From Hyphochytrium catenoides (Eukaryota > Protista > Hyphochytriomycota): a stretch of 64,000 bases of DNA. Where the stretch lies: positions 1-64,000 of the forward strand of contig FLMG01001356.1 in NCBI GenBank assembly GCA_900088475.1. The letters run 5' to 3'. This document shows, piece by piece, positions 22,294-36,787 of the stretch (its first letter is position 1; every line of letters begins with the position of its first letter). Below the pieces are notes generated by a model, which searched no databases, was not told where the DNA came from, and saw only the letters and a list, made by a program, of their open reading frames with translations. Position numbers and translations under genes: made by a program.

Positions 22294-23637
22294 TCATGCA
22301 CCGAAGAGAGCCCCAACGGTATCATCTGGCTCGCCCGGTTGCGCACCATCCACTTCTGGAGGTAGTAGGACTCTGTGACGGCGGTACCATCCCTTATGAT
22401 TTACTGGCCCGAAAACCGTCCGCGTGCCCCTTTCCTCAAGCAACCGCAGCACTTCATAGAACTCCTCGTAGGTAACACTCTCGCCCATTTTTTGCCGGAT
22501 ATCGATGTTTTCCTGCGGAAAAAGAGATGTCACTATAGGCATCCCCTTCTCTGAGTCATCGAGGCCTTAACTCACGCTAAAAGTCTGAAATAGGATCTTG
22601 AATAGATGCGCCCGAGGAACCTTGGTGCCTCGAGGTGGATACTTCTCGCAAAACGTCATGTACTCCTTGGCAAGATCCTCCTACAACAGAAGCACCCAAG
22701 CTTAGTCCAGCGTTAGACGAAAGAGCAAAGAGCTGCTTCTGCCACCTGCGATAATTCAATTCCGCTAGAGGGACAGATGTTGTCTGTAAAGATAGCAGGC
22801 TTCTCGAGAATCGCTTCGGATACCATTACTCCATCAGCGCCGGTCACCTTCAAACATTCATCGAAGTCTGCCATATTCTCTATCCCACCATTGGCAATAA
22901 CTGGGATAGGGAGAGAATCCTTGATCTTTTTGATTATCTGCCAGTCACAAGGACCCACAAACTGCTTTTTTTCTCCCCGAGTCCTCCCATGTACCACTAG
23001 CATCTGACAGCCTGCCTCCACAAGACGTTGGCAGAAGTCGAGCGTCTCTTGTTCACTTGAGAGGATGCGGACTTTGCACGTGACAGGCACGTTTAGATTC
23101 TGATGTAAGGCTTCTACCATTCTACAAACTAGATCCGGCTGCTCGAGAAGGAAAGAGCCATAGTTTCCTTTCTTGGCAATGCCCTTTGCAGACCCAAAGA
23201 AGTGTCAGTGAAGACTATGACTACTCATATTGCAGGTACATTCTCACCTGAGGACATCCTAGGTTAATGTCTACAGCATCGCATTTGTCCTCTACCATCT
23301 TTGCAGCAGCTAACAGCGTTGCAGGGTCATTGCCGCAGAACTGGACTATTAAGGGTCGGTCTTCAGGCGTTATGTCTATCATCTGCTCTCGATAAGAAGG
23401 TCTCTCCACGAAGAGACGGCTGTGGTACATGGGTGTGTAACATAAGTCCGCGCCATACTTCCTGGTAAGCATACGAAAGGCTGCTTCGGACTGGTCTACC
23501 TATATGATGTAAACGGATGCGTCAGACTCAGGAGCTAGAGAGAAGCTCTTTGAACTTACCATTGGCGCAACAATCTTCTTAGGACTGCCAATCGCCCGAA
23601 AAAAGTCGAACCCTGAAAGCTTGGCCATTGTCCGCAT
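22294..23637 (-). CDS. DUS1: tRNA-dihydrouridine synthase 1-like
   Basis: IVAPMVDQSE.AFRMLTRKYGADLCYTPM, DRPLIVQFCGND, VDINLGCPQ, LVVHGRTR, PVIANGGI, GADGVMVSE; GT-AG introns in phase. Confidence 0.93.
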
Positions 23638-24432
23638 GGAGGAAATCACTAGCCTGTACTGTGCACCTGTGGAGGCTTAGTCTGGGAGGGTTGCGTCAGT
23701 GAGGGTACCCTGCTGCTTCCGGGCTAGACGCAGCGTTTTCCTTCGGGTAGACACTTAGCATAGCCTCCACCTACGGCACCCACGAGCGGACCTTCCTCAG
23801 ACAAATTGCCGAACCCTCTCAGACGCCTGAACGGTCATCTTGCTCACCTAGTGAGATGGAGCTGAGCACCTTGGACCAGACCGAAGGCCATCATGCTGGA
23901 ACTGCCTCTCTTGGAGTTTAGGGCAGCGCATCAGAAGCACTCTCCTCTTCTCCTGTCTTTCCACCAACCACATCCAGGAACGGTAACGTACATTTTCCTC
24001 CCCTTTCAAGGGTTTAGAATCAGCACGGCCTTTGTCTGTAATATGCAATTCCAATTTAGTATTGTTACCTGTATGTGGGAATTTGCAACATACCACGATG
24101 CCACACCTGTCACAGAGCTGGCCAAGAGATCCTCCTTCCGCAAACTCCTCAATCTTCCAGAATCTCCATAAGTAAGCTTTGCAGTTCACCGTCCGAAGCT
24201 CGATGAGCTGACAGCAAAGTGTTACCAGCCACTTTCATCCTCATCGTACCGGGCACGGATATCTCCTGTGGTCAAAGTACACCGTCGATCTCCACTTGCA
24301 TAAAGCACCATTTGCCTGCACAAGCCTGGATAGAATACCCATCCTCAGAGCTCATCGCGGATTAAGTCACTCTGTTACAAGCGGAAGCGGTGAAGACTGC
24401 GCATAAAGTAAGCGTGCTCATATTCTGGCGAC

Positions 24433-24963
24433 ATGGCAAAACATCACCCTGATCTCGTGATGTGTCGAAAGCAACCTGGAATAGGTAAGCACCTTTAAAT
24501 TTGGCAACCCTTTGAACTATGCCTAACACGCATCGTATGCAGCGATCGGACGCCTTTGCGAGAAGTGTATGTTCTTAGCACTTGAGTACCATGGAAGCTT
24601 CATATTGTTCTAACAGTGTCACAGGTGACGGCAAGTGCGTGATTTGCGATTCCTACGTCCATCCAATGACACTCGTCAGGATATGCGATGAATGCAATTA
24701 TGGCTCTTACGAAGGACGATGTGTCATTTGCGGAGGCCCTGGTGTGTCCGATGCATACTACTGCCGGGAATGCTGTCAGTTAGAGAAAGATGTACGTATA
24801 GCTTTCCCCTCGTACGTCTAGCGATGAGTTATGAATTGGCTCTAACTCATGTGCTGCCCTTTGTAACCTACAGAGAGACGGCTGCCCGAAAATAGTGAAT
24901 CTAGGTAGCTCGAAGACTGATCTATTCTATGAAAGGAAGAAGTACGGCTTCAAGAAGAGATAG
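24433..24963 (+). CDS. PHF5A: PHD finger-like domain protein 5A (SF3b subunit, Rds3), 4 exons
   Basis: [37 protein letters not shown]...[33 protein letters not shown], near-identical to the canonical protein. Confidence 0.98.
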
Positions 24964-25109
24964 TAGCAGTCTAGAACACGTCAACTGTTATATTCAGTAG
25001 ATTATTGGCATGGCAACGGATAACGAGCTTGTAAGCTTAGAACCTTTTGACAGGAGGTGCGGACTTAGATGATAAATAGTGAAGGGAGTGCAGCGATGGC
25101 CTGGGCATT

Positions 25110-26161
25110 CTAGCCGATTTTCCTCATCTTACTTGGACGCTCTGCATCGTTCGCAGTGTTGGCCGTGCTCGCCACTTCAGCCGCCTAAGTATTTGTTAAT
25201 AATTCCGTTAACACGACCAAGGTTGAAATGTCATGTCCGAACCTGAGCTGAATCGTCTGCTGCTGTGGCTTTGATGACCTCTGGAACATACTATAGATCA
25301 AAGACGAGTTAGAGTAGTCGCTAAGAGGAATACGTGAGTCTGCATGCGCTACCTTCTTAAGCAGATCGAGGAGAATAGTCTGGACTCTGGCGCTGCTTTC
25401 CTGGAGCTTTTTCTCTTCCTCAGCCTTCCGCTTGAGGACAAGGCCCAGTCCTGTTCCACCCCCATCACATGGACCCTTATGTCAACTCACGTCCTTGACA
25501 AAATGGACAGAAATAGCCGTTTGATGCTGACCTTCTTGAGCTATAGGTTTCATTTTTTGTGCCTCTGTGCTAAAGTCCCAGGAATAACCTTCACTGGAGG
25601 TGTATCGTACACCAACAGAGAGCGAGTCTAATGCCTGCCGCAGGTGATGGGCACATGTTCTCTAGAAGAAGCCAATGGTTAGTGTCGCAAAAGCCAGCAA
25701 GGAGAGCGCTGAGTAAAAGAGGAGCTTACCAATCTGCATCCTAGTATCGCCTGTATGTTAGGCGCCTGGTAGATTGTTCCATCTAGCACATAATAGAAGG
25801 CTAATGGCCGGACTTTTGTCTGCGTCTCTCTCCTCTGTTTGACTATCACAAAGAGGTTCTGGGCCCTATTATCTTCCGGTAGTTGGGTTGGTAAGAGCTC
25901 ATATTCAATGCCACGCATCGTCCTACAATAGACGCGTCAGAAAGAGAAATCATATACCATACGCGACCCTTACTTTAGCCGCTCGGCCTCCAGACGCTGC
26001 ATCTTGAGCCTCTCATTGTTACATGTACGGTCATAGAATTGTGAAGCCGCGAAGTAGTACATGACAGTTTCCGCGTTGAGGGGCCATTGAGAGAGCCACA
26101 CCGTGTCACGAAAGGACGAATTATAGTCATCTTTGTGCTGAACTTCTTGTTCTCCTTCCAT
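25110..26161 (-). CDS. MED6: Mediator complex subunit 6
   Basis: FRDTVWL, YFAASQFYDRTCNNE, GIEYEL, LFVIVKQRR, YYVLDGTIYQAP, YTSSEGYSWDF. Confidence 0.93.
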
Positions 26162-27139
26162 CTTAGTGGTACTTTCTTTCCCTGACCCAGACTATTGGCT
26201 TTTTGACCCCTTAGCCCAACATCTCCATCTGCATGTGCACAACTGTCACAGAGCTTGACCTCTGAGTGGCCTCAGCAGGCTGTGCTCTTTCCTTCGTCTA
26301 CAGATGCAAACATGACATCCCCAATGCGTCTGGCGCTGAGATTTTTTTGAGCTCTATCGCCCTCTTCCTTGCGGGTTGACATCACCTGCAGCGGCACAGC
26401 AATCTGCAGCAATTGTATGAAGCCAATGTCCTCCTGCCCTTGGCCTCTCTCATCACTGTTGTGATAGAACTAGGAATTACTGCTTCTCACATCATCATCC
26501 CCTTAGATCTTGAGGACGGTAACCCAACTACAGGTACAAGTACATAGATCTGAGACTTGGGACAACAGCCTGCTATACAAGTACACGGGAGTTTCCTTCC
26601 AAATAAAGTATCCCAAGTAACACTTTACAGGACTTAAGTAAGGGCCTGGAAACGGCGCGAGTCAGATGCTCTTCTCAGTCTGAGAAATGGCTTTTGAATT
26701 CTTCTCCATCCTTCAGACGAACCACTACTCTAACATAGAGTCTCCAAGCCTTAGTAGCAAGGGCAGGGGCAATGCTCCATGCACTGCCTCGTTAAAAGCT
26801 CCTGCTCCGTTAGCGGAGTCGCTGAGATCCTGCTGCGAAGAAAGGCTACGAGGCTATAAACTTCATATCTCTCAAGACCTCTCTCCTTCTTAAGCTTTCC
26901 CGGCTTCCGTCAGTTCGGCCTTTCATTCCTTTTGCTCGATTCTTTCTTCCTAGCGGAGCCAAACGTTTGCTCTTACCACGAAGCAGCGTGTTTTGAAGAA
27001 GAGGTTACCTAACGTGCGGCTATTGTTAATCAAGTCTTAGAGCTAAGAACTTCTCAAGATGGCACAACAAAGCGAAGCTTTACAGTTCGGCCAAGCCTCA
27101 TCTGAAACTGTATAGATATTTCCCGGACGCTGAGACAAG

Positions 27140-30100
27140 ATGGACCTGGTCTCTCGCCCGTCTAAAGGTACCCTTGCGGACGACTTCCTCAGCCTCCAAA
27201 GTGACTACGAGGCCTTTGCAGCTTATGAAGGTGGGGCTGATTTATGTAAGAAGGCTGTGTGAAAGGTACCTGACATGCCTTGTCGCCCGTTAAAGCGCCG
27301 CAATTGCGTGGCTATGTAGGTCTTAACTTCCAACTTCCGGACTCCCTACTTCAGAGACCAGATGCGCTTAGCCTTCACGCCCCGGTGCCACTACGACACG
27401 GCCAAATGGAAAGTCCCGATAGTGATCAGAGCATCGCGTTACCCTCACACAGCATCTTTGTCACGCCTCAGGACGCCGGGATGGCGGCATGGGACGATCA
27501 GTCGGCGCTCTTCATCGCCACCGAGCCTAAAAACGGACAAAGCTCCTCACAGCCTGAGCACAGGCAGAATTCGAGCCAGACACCTGAGGTAGTTGACAAA
27601 ACTAAAGCTGCAGTAGCAGAGTCAGGAGAAGAGGAGTTAATAGGCAACAAGGTGGTGGGGCAGGGAGGAACGCAGGTGGAGAACGAGGAACAGACCGCTC
27701 CGATATCTTCATCAGATAACAGTCCTGAAGATCATCAGAGTCCCCATGTCAACCCTCCAGATAGAAATAGCAAGCCCATAAGCACAGGGATAGGTAAGAA
27801 TCCTTTGCGGTAAGCCTTACTGCATTAGGACCAGTAGTAGACTTAATCAATTGTTACCTCAACAGCTTCCTTTGAAGAGCTATTGGAGAGAGAGCTGCAG
27901 AAGTACACTGAGAATGGAGCCGCAAGCGGCTCCGGACAGTCAGGGAGACAAAACTTTCTTCGCAAAGGCAGTCGTGGCTGGTGGAAAAACCGGAACAATG
28001 AGCATTCGGATGGTGCGTCGATACGGCGCACGCCGGGAAGGAGAGGAAGCAGCTCCGTTGATAGAAAGAGTTATGGTGAAAAAGACGAACAGAACCTCGC
28101 GAGCAGTGGGAGGAGGACCAGGTGAGAAGAATGTCTACACTTAGCGCTGGACAATAGCTGCCGTACCAATGAACTTCTCATTAGGCCGCAGAAAGAGGAA
28201 CGTGGTGAGAGTCAGCCTGCACTTGAGACAGTTGATTTGCGCGGCGACCATGAAGAGTTCATAACAACGTCAGTCCAAAGTCTAGCCGTGCACTTTCCTC
28301 TACCTAGCTCACTGTTCCCCATAACCCCTTGTTCTGGACAGAGCCGAAGTGCAAAGTCAGGTCACCCAGGTCTCGCCTTTTCCTGTCGGTGGAGCTTTCT
28401 GCCATGGGCGCCAGCTGCCTACACCTTGGCGCTCTCCAGCGATCCAGGAGGCTGCGGATCCAGATCTCTTGGAGTTTGAAATGCTGGAGAAACGGTTGTT
28501 GTCTGGAAATTTGACGGATTCTATTGAGCTGCCATCCTGGGACATTTTGGCCCAAAGACGTGAGATTTTGATATCTCCTTTCAAAGCAAAAGAAGCACGA
28601 CCCAGCGAAGGGTGCAGCGGGAGTCAAGAAAGTTGTGGCAAAGAGCACATAATTCAGGCTACTCCAGGAAAGGGAGCTCCGATGAAAGCTCCCACTAGAG
28701 TGCATACGAATGACAGTGTTGCGGACCTGCCGCATCTGCATAGGTTGGAATCACTTGGCTTGACGAGAGCAGACCTGTCACTTGGGGGAAGCCGTCAAGA
28801 ATCTTTTGATGTGGAGACTTCGGTCTTGTCAAAAAGAGGTGATGGGCAGGTTCCTCAGCTGCAAGAAGGCGAAGGGGAGCTTGCAGGTCCGCAGGCTCCA
28901 GAAGAGAGAAATTATCCTTCAAGTGCTGCGTTCTCACCTGCTGACGATTTTGAGGAGTGGACCCGGTTTGGCGCAGTCGAGGCCGACCTAGAAGGTGTGC
29001 TTGCTTGTTATTGGCGTAGGCAATCTACCGGTTTTAGAGTTATTCACCTTATCTAAGCTGCTAACTAACGCCGCACTACTTGTTCCGAAGGCTTAAATCG
29101 ATCACAACAAGATGCGGAGAGTGAACAAGAGGAGGAAGAAGAGGAAGTGGACAGTCTACCTCCCCCAACATCTGAACTCGTCAGGCAGATCTTTACCCCT
29201 TCACTGGCTAGAGAGTCCAAGGCTGGGAAGCTCCATTCTAACGCTCCTGCTGTTATTGGTAAGAAGCTGGAGAAAGCAGGGGAGAAAAGGGACGAAAGGA
29301 GCAGAAGCTCCAGTATCCCAAGACCTGGCGCTAGCACCCTTTCGCAACTTCAGACTCCGGAGGACGAGCAAAGAAAGCGACTAGATGCCCTCTTGACTGT
29401 GAAGGTATGAGTGTGACTCATAGGGAGCCTAGGGAGCCTAAGGAGATGGGGAAATAGTAGGCAAAGCTAGATCAAGAAGGTACAGAAGTCCTAATCTGTC
29501 GTTTCTTAGTTCAATGAATTAGAGATCGAGATCAAGAAGTATAAGGAGGAAAATGCCCACATTGTCTCGCAAAGAATAGAGCTGGAGGAGAAGAAGAAGG
29601 CCTTGCAAGACGACAGGTAAGTTCTCTCTGCGTGGAGTAGAAGCCTCTGCCTCGTCCTGCTCCATGGGCTACATCTGCTGACCGTCTCGTCGGTCTGTCA
29701 GAATCTTTTGACCTTTCCTTGTTCGCTTATCCACTGTTACTTCTGTTCTGTCCTTCGCACCTCATTCCTTTCTTGCAGAGCACACTTTGAGCAGTGGATA
29801 AGTGGGCAGAAAGCGCTTCTTGAGGCGTGGAAGGACGAAGAGAGAAAGAAACTTGCAAGAGAAAGGAGAGTAGCTGAGCGCCAGGCGAAGGCACAGAGCC
29901 TGATTCCAGATAAAAAGTAAGTGCATAGGAGCCTCTAGACGCTGCCCAATGGAGAGCTTGTGTTCTCTCTCCTTTGTCGCCTAACTCTCACGATTGGCAA
30001 TCCTTCGTTTATTTTTCTCTTCATTCCTCTCTAGAGAGAGGGCGGAGATAGAGGCTCTGAAGGCCCAGATTGTTAAAATGAAGGTGGAGGAGAAACAAGC

Positions 30101-31843
30101 AACTCAAAGAGCGAAACTAACCCAGGATAGGCTGCAACGGAGAATCAAGGTACTTTATGGAAAGCTGTCATCCTATAAGCGCTTTGAAAGAAATCTTCTT
30201 TAATACCAGGAGCTGGAAGGCAAAGTTGCTGAGTTGCAGGATGAGGTTAAGTTCTTGGAGAGAGAAAGGCTGCAGAAATGGGCTGATCAGCAGTCAGCTC
30301 GGGAAGGGGACAGAGAAGATAACAAGAAGGGAGAAAGAGTGTCGGAGAACAGGCGTGCGAAAGAGACCTTTAAACAAGGCAAGAACCCCTCAAAGGCTGT
30401 GAACAACGGAGAGTCTGCTAGGGATAGTCGTAGGAATATTCAGCAGGGCCAAACGTCTATGGCAGACACGGAGCCTCTGGAGAGATCTCAACGCTATGAT
30501 CCTGGTAAATATCAGCCTCCGGATGCAGGTAATTATTTCCGTCACGCTCTATCCCTCTCAAGTAGAGCTAAAGGTGCTCGCGATCTTCTCACTCTCTAGA
30601 ATGGGACCATGCCAACAGCCTTTCCGTAGACCGACAAGGAGAAGGAGACCTCTCGCTGGACGAGGAGTTCTACAATGAACAGCAGGATCTGGCTGAATCT
30701 CAGCCATCAAATGATTATTCTATGCCCGCCTTCATTCCAAGATTGCCTACCGTCTTGGCGAGCTCCAGAGCCGATAGTTATGAGGAAGGAGGTACATCTT
30801 CCTTATCTATTCCTTGATCTTTAGTCCCGTTGTTTCGTCGCTCTCTTTGCTGTCAAATACGTGAGTTCAGCGAAGTATGCCGGCCGGACCTCACCTTGTC
30901 CTCTTTTGTTACCTTGTCTTGGGTAGGGAGAGGCACCACACAACAAACCGGTGCCCCTTCTTCTAAGACTCAGGTGGTGCGAGAGGATGGCACGGTCGTC
31001 ATCACCTTCCGGAACGGGACCGTCAAGGAGGTATTCCCGAACAAGAACACTCTCGTGCGCTTTGTTAATGGAGACGTGAAGAAGGTAGGAAGAGGCCGGT
31101 CGGGTTATTCGTCTCTCATTTGAGTCTCTTTTCCTTCGCTACTGCCGCCTCCTCGCGCTCTCAACTTTGAGTATATTTGCTGACTATGGGATGTCTTCGC
31201 GCTCACGTTTGCCTTGTAACCCTTAGACCCTCGCAGACAGTGGCTTGGTAATCTACTACTACGCTGAGGCGGATACGACTCACACTACCCTCCCTGATGG
31301 AACTGAGGTCTTTGAGTTTCCAAATAGACAAGTTGAGAAGCACTTTCCTTCCGGAAGGAAGGAGATATTCTTCCCCGATGGCACGCACAAGGTACCTTGT
31401 TTATAAGATGACCACCTTAAAAACATCAACCCGTAGCGTTCTGTGTGTTAGGCAACTTCTTTCCCTGTTCCCTGCCGCCCTCTCCTAAAAATAGTAGCTA
31501 TAGGTAGCTTGTTAAGGGCTCCACAGCTGTACTGGAACTAAAATCTGTCGCTTGCCGCAGATTATTTATGAGAACGAGGATGAAGAATCATTTTTTCCTG
31601 ACGGCTCTTCAATGCTAGAGCGAATAGATGGCGTACGGGTGAGCAACGCATCTCCTTGCCGGCCAACTCTTTTGCCTCAGCATTAGTCACGTCTCTAGCT
31701 CTTGTTGTCCCTGATCATTTCTAGCTCCCCTCCTTTCCCCTCACCCCACTTTTTCCTTTGCACAGGTTTTCGTAAACGCCGATGGGAGCAAACACATTGA
31801 GTATCCGGGTAGCTCCAGCTATCCTGTCGCATCGGCCCATTAG
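27140..31843 (+). CDS. CENPJ: Centriole protein SAS-4/CENPJ (coiled coil + TCP10-like C-terminal domain)
   Basis: [34 protein letters not shown] coiled coil; C-terminal [65 protein letters not shown]; TAG 31843. N-terminal exon structure approximate. Confidence 0.9.
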
Positions 31844-32122
31844 CTTCCCACGGAGTAGATCCGAGAACACATAGAGAGCGGTCCAGCAGCTTTGAAAAGC
31901 CGTATGTACATATACCCTTTCTTCAGCGGGCGGTAGATTTATAGAAGGCTAGGGGTTGCTTATGTCTAGATACAGCTAAAATAACAGATGTATTTATGTG
32001 TACAAGTACAAGATGTGCCCAGCCTTTCTCCGAAGCCAGACGGAGGGCGGACTGTGTCTCAGTTATAAAGACCTGTTCGACCCTCCTTCTTCTCTCTCCA
32101 TCCTTGACCTTCAAGGGTAACT

Positions 32123-35100
32123 TCAATCCGTCCCATCCTGAGAGACCGCAGAGGTATTGAGGTGTCAGTAGATAGATACATCAAGTATCCAGCAAGATAT
32201 GGAACTAATACGCCCTGCCTTCCTTACCAGTGCCTTCAATAATTGGCTTTCTCTCTGCTTTAATCTGGCAACCTCTGCCTTCAACTCTGAGTTACCTGCT
32301 TTGAGAGCCTGGAACTCGGCATTGCTAGGTAAAGTATTCCTAAGGAGAGACCCACCGAGGTAACGTTTGGTCATTAAGTTGTTGAAGGAAACAATGCAGA
32401 AAAGTCCGGCCCGCTGAGACTAAAATGGGATATTAAAAGGATATCCAGATCTATCTCACTTTTCCAGAAGAAGAGTGCTTCTTCTCCTCTCTGTTTCTTC
32501 AAGCTTCTTCTCAAGACAGAAGTTTAGATTCTTTAACTTTTCTACTTCAGCCCTCAGACCAGCGTTCTCGACGCTTTCCTTCGTCTTCTTCTCGGAGGAG
32601 CTCTCTCCGATGGTCCATGAAGAGTCACCCTAAAGGACTAATTAGATAACAAATAGCCTGACGCAAGATCCAGCTGCATTGCTCAAGAAAGGCCGTGGCG
32701 ACGTGTTTCAAATTCAGGGACGAAGGCTTAGATCGCAGTTATATACAGAAAAAAAAACGAGAGGCTTGCAGATGCAACAGTGGCAGGAAGTTGGGGATCA
32801 ATGATGAAGGCGGGCCCTCACAGTCTTAAAAAATGCCTCTTCTAAATTGTCAAGCTTTTGTCTGAGCGCTTCATTTTCCGTCAAAATTTCTCGCATCTGC
32901 CCGTCCGAACTTGATACAGCAACGCGCAGGTCCCCGTTCTCCTACATCAAGAGCAATAGAGTCAAGCTAGCCCCTTGGCAAAGCATCAGCTTTGCCGGTC
33001 TATATAAGAGACAGTCACAACCTCCCCTTGCGCTGTGACTGTTTTGCTCACATCCATTGGTACCCATCTCGCCCCCTTCCATAGAAGCCTTGCTCTGTCT
33101 CCTGTTGAATCGTACGAACCGGCACCCATCATACCTCTAACTCTTCCCATTTCAATGAAAGCTCCCATTTCTTACTTAGGTTCTGACCACCATCGCTTGC
33201 TTATAGACGGCTCACAACCTCCTCTCTCTTCGCTGGACGTAAGTCCACTAATCACTGTGTCGCTTCACCCTGTCTTTCACTTTTCTCTATTCCTCTTTGA
33301 CCTCACCTTTTTTATCCGCTCAAGCTCTAGCTGATATTGATGCAATAGGCGCTTGAAATCTGTTGCTTCCGCTTCCTCTGCCTGTACTTCTTGCTCTATG
33401 CCAGTGCTATCCTTCCTTCCCCGCTCCGTTGCTGGAATGGGTTCCTGTCCCTTCTTTGCTGTCGTTGCTTTTCGTAGCCTCACCAAGTTGTTCGCATCAT
33501 CAGAATGGGTGCTGAGTGGTCTCTGTTCTTCACCCTTTCCTGAGGTTTCGTCAAGAGGTGGCACGCGATGGACCTTCTGGGGTTCTGTTACCGGAGGTAA
33601 AGAACAGAGTGACCACAAAGATACGTATGAATCATTTTAGGGTCTCACTACCGCGGGCTGAGACCTGTAACAAGTTGGAAAGCAAGCAAAGACGACGCAG
33701 TGACCTCTCTTCTCGTTAGGAAGTCTCTGGCGATAGTATTATCTCCTCCCATATAACTGTAGCCACGCCCATCCTCCTAGCTCATCTGTGGGTTCTCCCC
33801 TTCTCGCACTTGGATTACCTTTGTCTTTGCAGAGTTCCGGCGGAGGGTAATCTGGCTGTCTGATCTCTTGACCCATGGGGACGCCATGCATTAGAAGAGG
33901 CTTACCTCCTCCAATCTGAGACCTTAGGTACTCGTTCTCCAGCTTCAACAGCCGATTCTATTCGGAGGCATTGCGTTAGTGTCAAGACCCACGCAGAACA
34001 AAGACGTCCCTTATAATGCAAAGTTGATGCTAGTACGTTGACCAGAAAGTGCGAAGATACACCTGAAACAAAGGAGTGGGGCAACAGAGGGAGCATTCCT
34101 AATTTTCGACCTCTACACTATCTTTTCTTTCCATATCTTCCGCGATGATAACTTGTCCCGTTCAATGCTATCTATCACTCTATGTTGCCCCTACCACTAC
34201 CTGATTTGTCCCTTTCTCCATCTCTCTATCCTCGTTTGGTGCTCACCGCTTTTCTCAATGCAATTATAAGCTGTTCCTGAGGATTGACATGTACTGACGG
34301 CTGGTTCTGTATATTCTTGGCCCTTGTGGCATAGTTTAGGGTACTTAATGTCTCTTCCAGCATCGAACTGGCGGGAGAGCAGCAGGCTACCATAAGGGTC
34401 TGGCTGTTCCCACCTGAGGAAAGTATTAGAAGAATAAATGTCAGGCACAGCTTACACCTAACCGATTCACAGATGCTGCCCTAAGAGAGGCAAAAGAAAA
34501 GAGAGGAGACTGGACCTTGAGCATTGAGCTTAAGGAACAAGAGACAGAGATGAGACTCTAAGACACACTGCATAGATAGGAAAAAAGAACAATGAGTGAG
34601 TAGTCGAAGATGTATATAGTATAGTAGGGGCAAAGATTAGAACTGGAATAGATCTTCTAAGGATAGGATAGCGAGTCAATTCAGCTTCAGAGCTCAGTGC
34701 TAGATAGTAGTGGAAAACAGAAGGAAAAGTCTGCAAAAAGCAGAAACGTAAGACGTGAACTTTAGCAATAAAAGCAATAGGAAGTAAGAGGTGTTGCCAA
34801 CGGAAGTGCCAGCCAGTACCTAAAGAATCCATGAGGAGTTTAGTGAGCTTGCTATCCCTATAGGGTACGTGGTTCTTGTTGGCTTTCGAGTCAGCAAGGA
34901 ACGAGATGACCTTGCCCAAGGTGAAGAGAGATTTGTTGATGCTACCGGTCTCTTGCAGGTCAGTTGGCTTTGTATCCTTGATCCGCTCACTTCAATAAGG
35001 CAAGGGTAGGTCAGAATCCACCTCATCCATACAAAGAGTAAGAGACTGAAGTGACGTGAACAAAGGACAAAGTATGGAGAAGATAGAAATAATCCTGCAC

Positions 35101-36739
35101 CCCTTGACAAACTCAGCTCGTTGCAGAAGGGTTGTCCGTCCTATATGAAGAATCCTGACCTGCCGGCAAGATCGACAAATGTGATCTTGCCATATTTCTG
35201 CACTAGGTGACCGTCATCCTTGTCAATCGACTCTGAGTCCAGGTACAGTGCCAGGAGACTGTGTGATCGGCTTGAGTCCTTGTTTAGGTTGTGAGATCCC
35301 ACCCTGGAAGGGAACGAAGGTTAGATGTATAGGGCAAAGCCCGCACTTTAGCTCCTTTATAAACTCTTCCAAGGTGTCCACCACCGACAGCCTCCTACCT
35401 TCTGTTCTTATGACCCTCCGCGACCACAGCCATTAAGTCGTCCAAGTTCTCACATGAGACAACAACCAGATCCTGACCTCCATCAAAGCCAAGGAGAAAA
35501 GTGGTTCAGGAGGTTCAAAGTCAAAGGAGAGGCAGGGAAGCGTTAGCAGCTGGGGGCAATTGCATGAAGCAGCAGGAAGTGAATATCAGCCATAAGGAAG
35601 ACGCCGATATGGGTTACCTTGACAAAGAAGCCTGTTTGTTGGCCCCATCGGATTCCTAAAGGCTGCTGCGTGAAGTTGAGAAGGTCGTACACCTGCAGAG
35701 GGCCCCAGAGAGTTAGGCATTCCTCTTCTCTGGCATTATGTATCCCCCATAAGAGTCATTCATCTTGTGTGAGGCACGTCTACAGCAGCCGTACCCTCTG
35801 TCTTCTCCTCACCCTCTTCAGACATCTTTCGTTTTTGTAGAGCCACGAACCACGTTGTCCTGACTCTATCTGTCCGCCTTTTCAACAGACCTGTTCGTTA
35901 TAGATCTCACAGTAGGAGGCCCTTATCGAATATTTGACAACTCCGCCCTCTTGCAGACTCTGTACCGAGTCAAAGATAAATCGCATTGCCCGCGGGATAA
36001 TCCCATCACTGTCTTCATTCTGGCCCTTGGACCGAGATTCGTCACCTGCTGTCAGAGATTCATTTAAGACGCACTGCTATGTCTCCTTGACCCTCTTGCA
36101 TCATCGTTGATCGCTACTCGTCAGAGGGTCTCAGCCCGCTAAAGTCCTTCTTCTTCCCTTGTCAATTTGCCAAACCACAAGGGCAGACCAATAATCTTGG
36201 GTCTCCGCTACCTACTCACCAGGCTAGTAGGCTACTCACCAAGCTTCTCCTCTAGCCCTGACATGCTGTAGGTCTTGCCTGACCCTGTCTGCCCATAAGC
36301 GAAAACAGTGGCATTGTACCCGTCAAGGGCGGCGAGGATGAGATCTTTCACTCCTGAGTAAGAGAAAAACTCTTCCTGGCTAACTGAGGGAGCCGCACAC
36401 CAATCAAAGCTGAAGGGCTTCAGAACCTCTCGACCAGCGTTGGTGGATGTCAGCACCTGTTCAAAGGAGAGAGAGACGTCCGTTAGAACAAGCAAAATGT
36501 CAAGCCATCCTAGTAACTACGGAGAGCTCAAGGTAAAGGGCAAGATAGGGCAGCGATATGAAGGACATAGAGTCCATTGTATATAGATACTATCGCGATG
36601 AGAGGCGGTGGAGGGATGAATGAAAAGAGAGAGAGAAGGAATAACAAAAAGAAAGAGAGAAAGTGAAGCGAGGGAGAGAGGCAGGAGGAGAAGACGAGAA
36701 AAGAGAGAGTAAGAGAGAAATAGAGAAAAGAAAAAAAAA

Positions 36740-36787
<48 letters not shown>

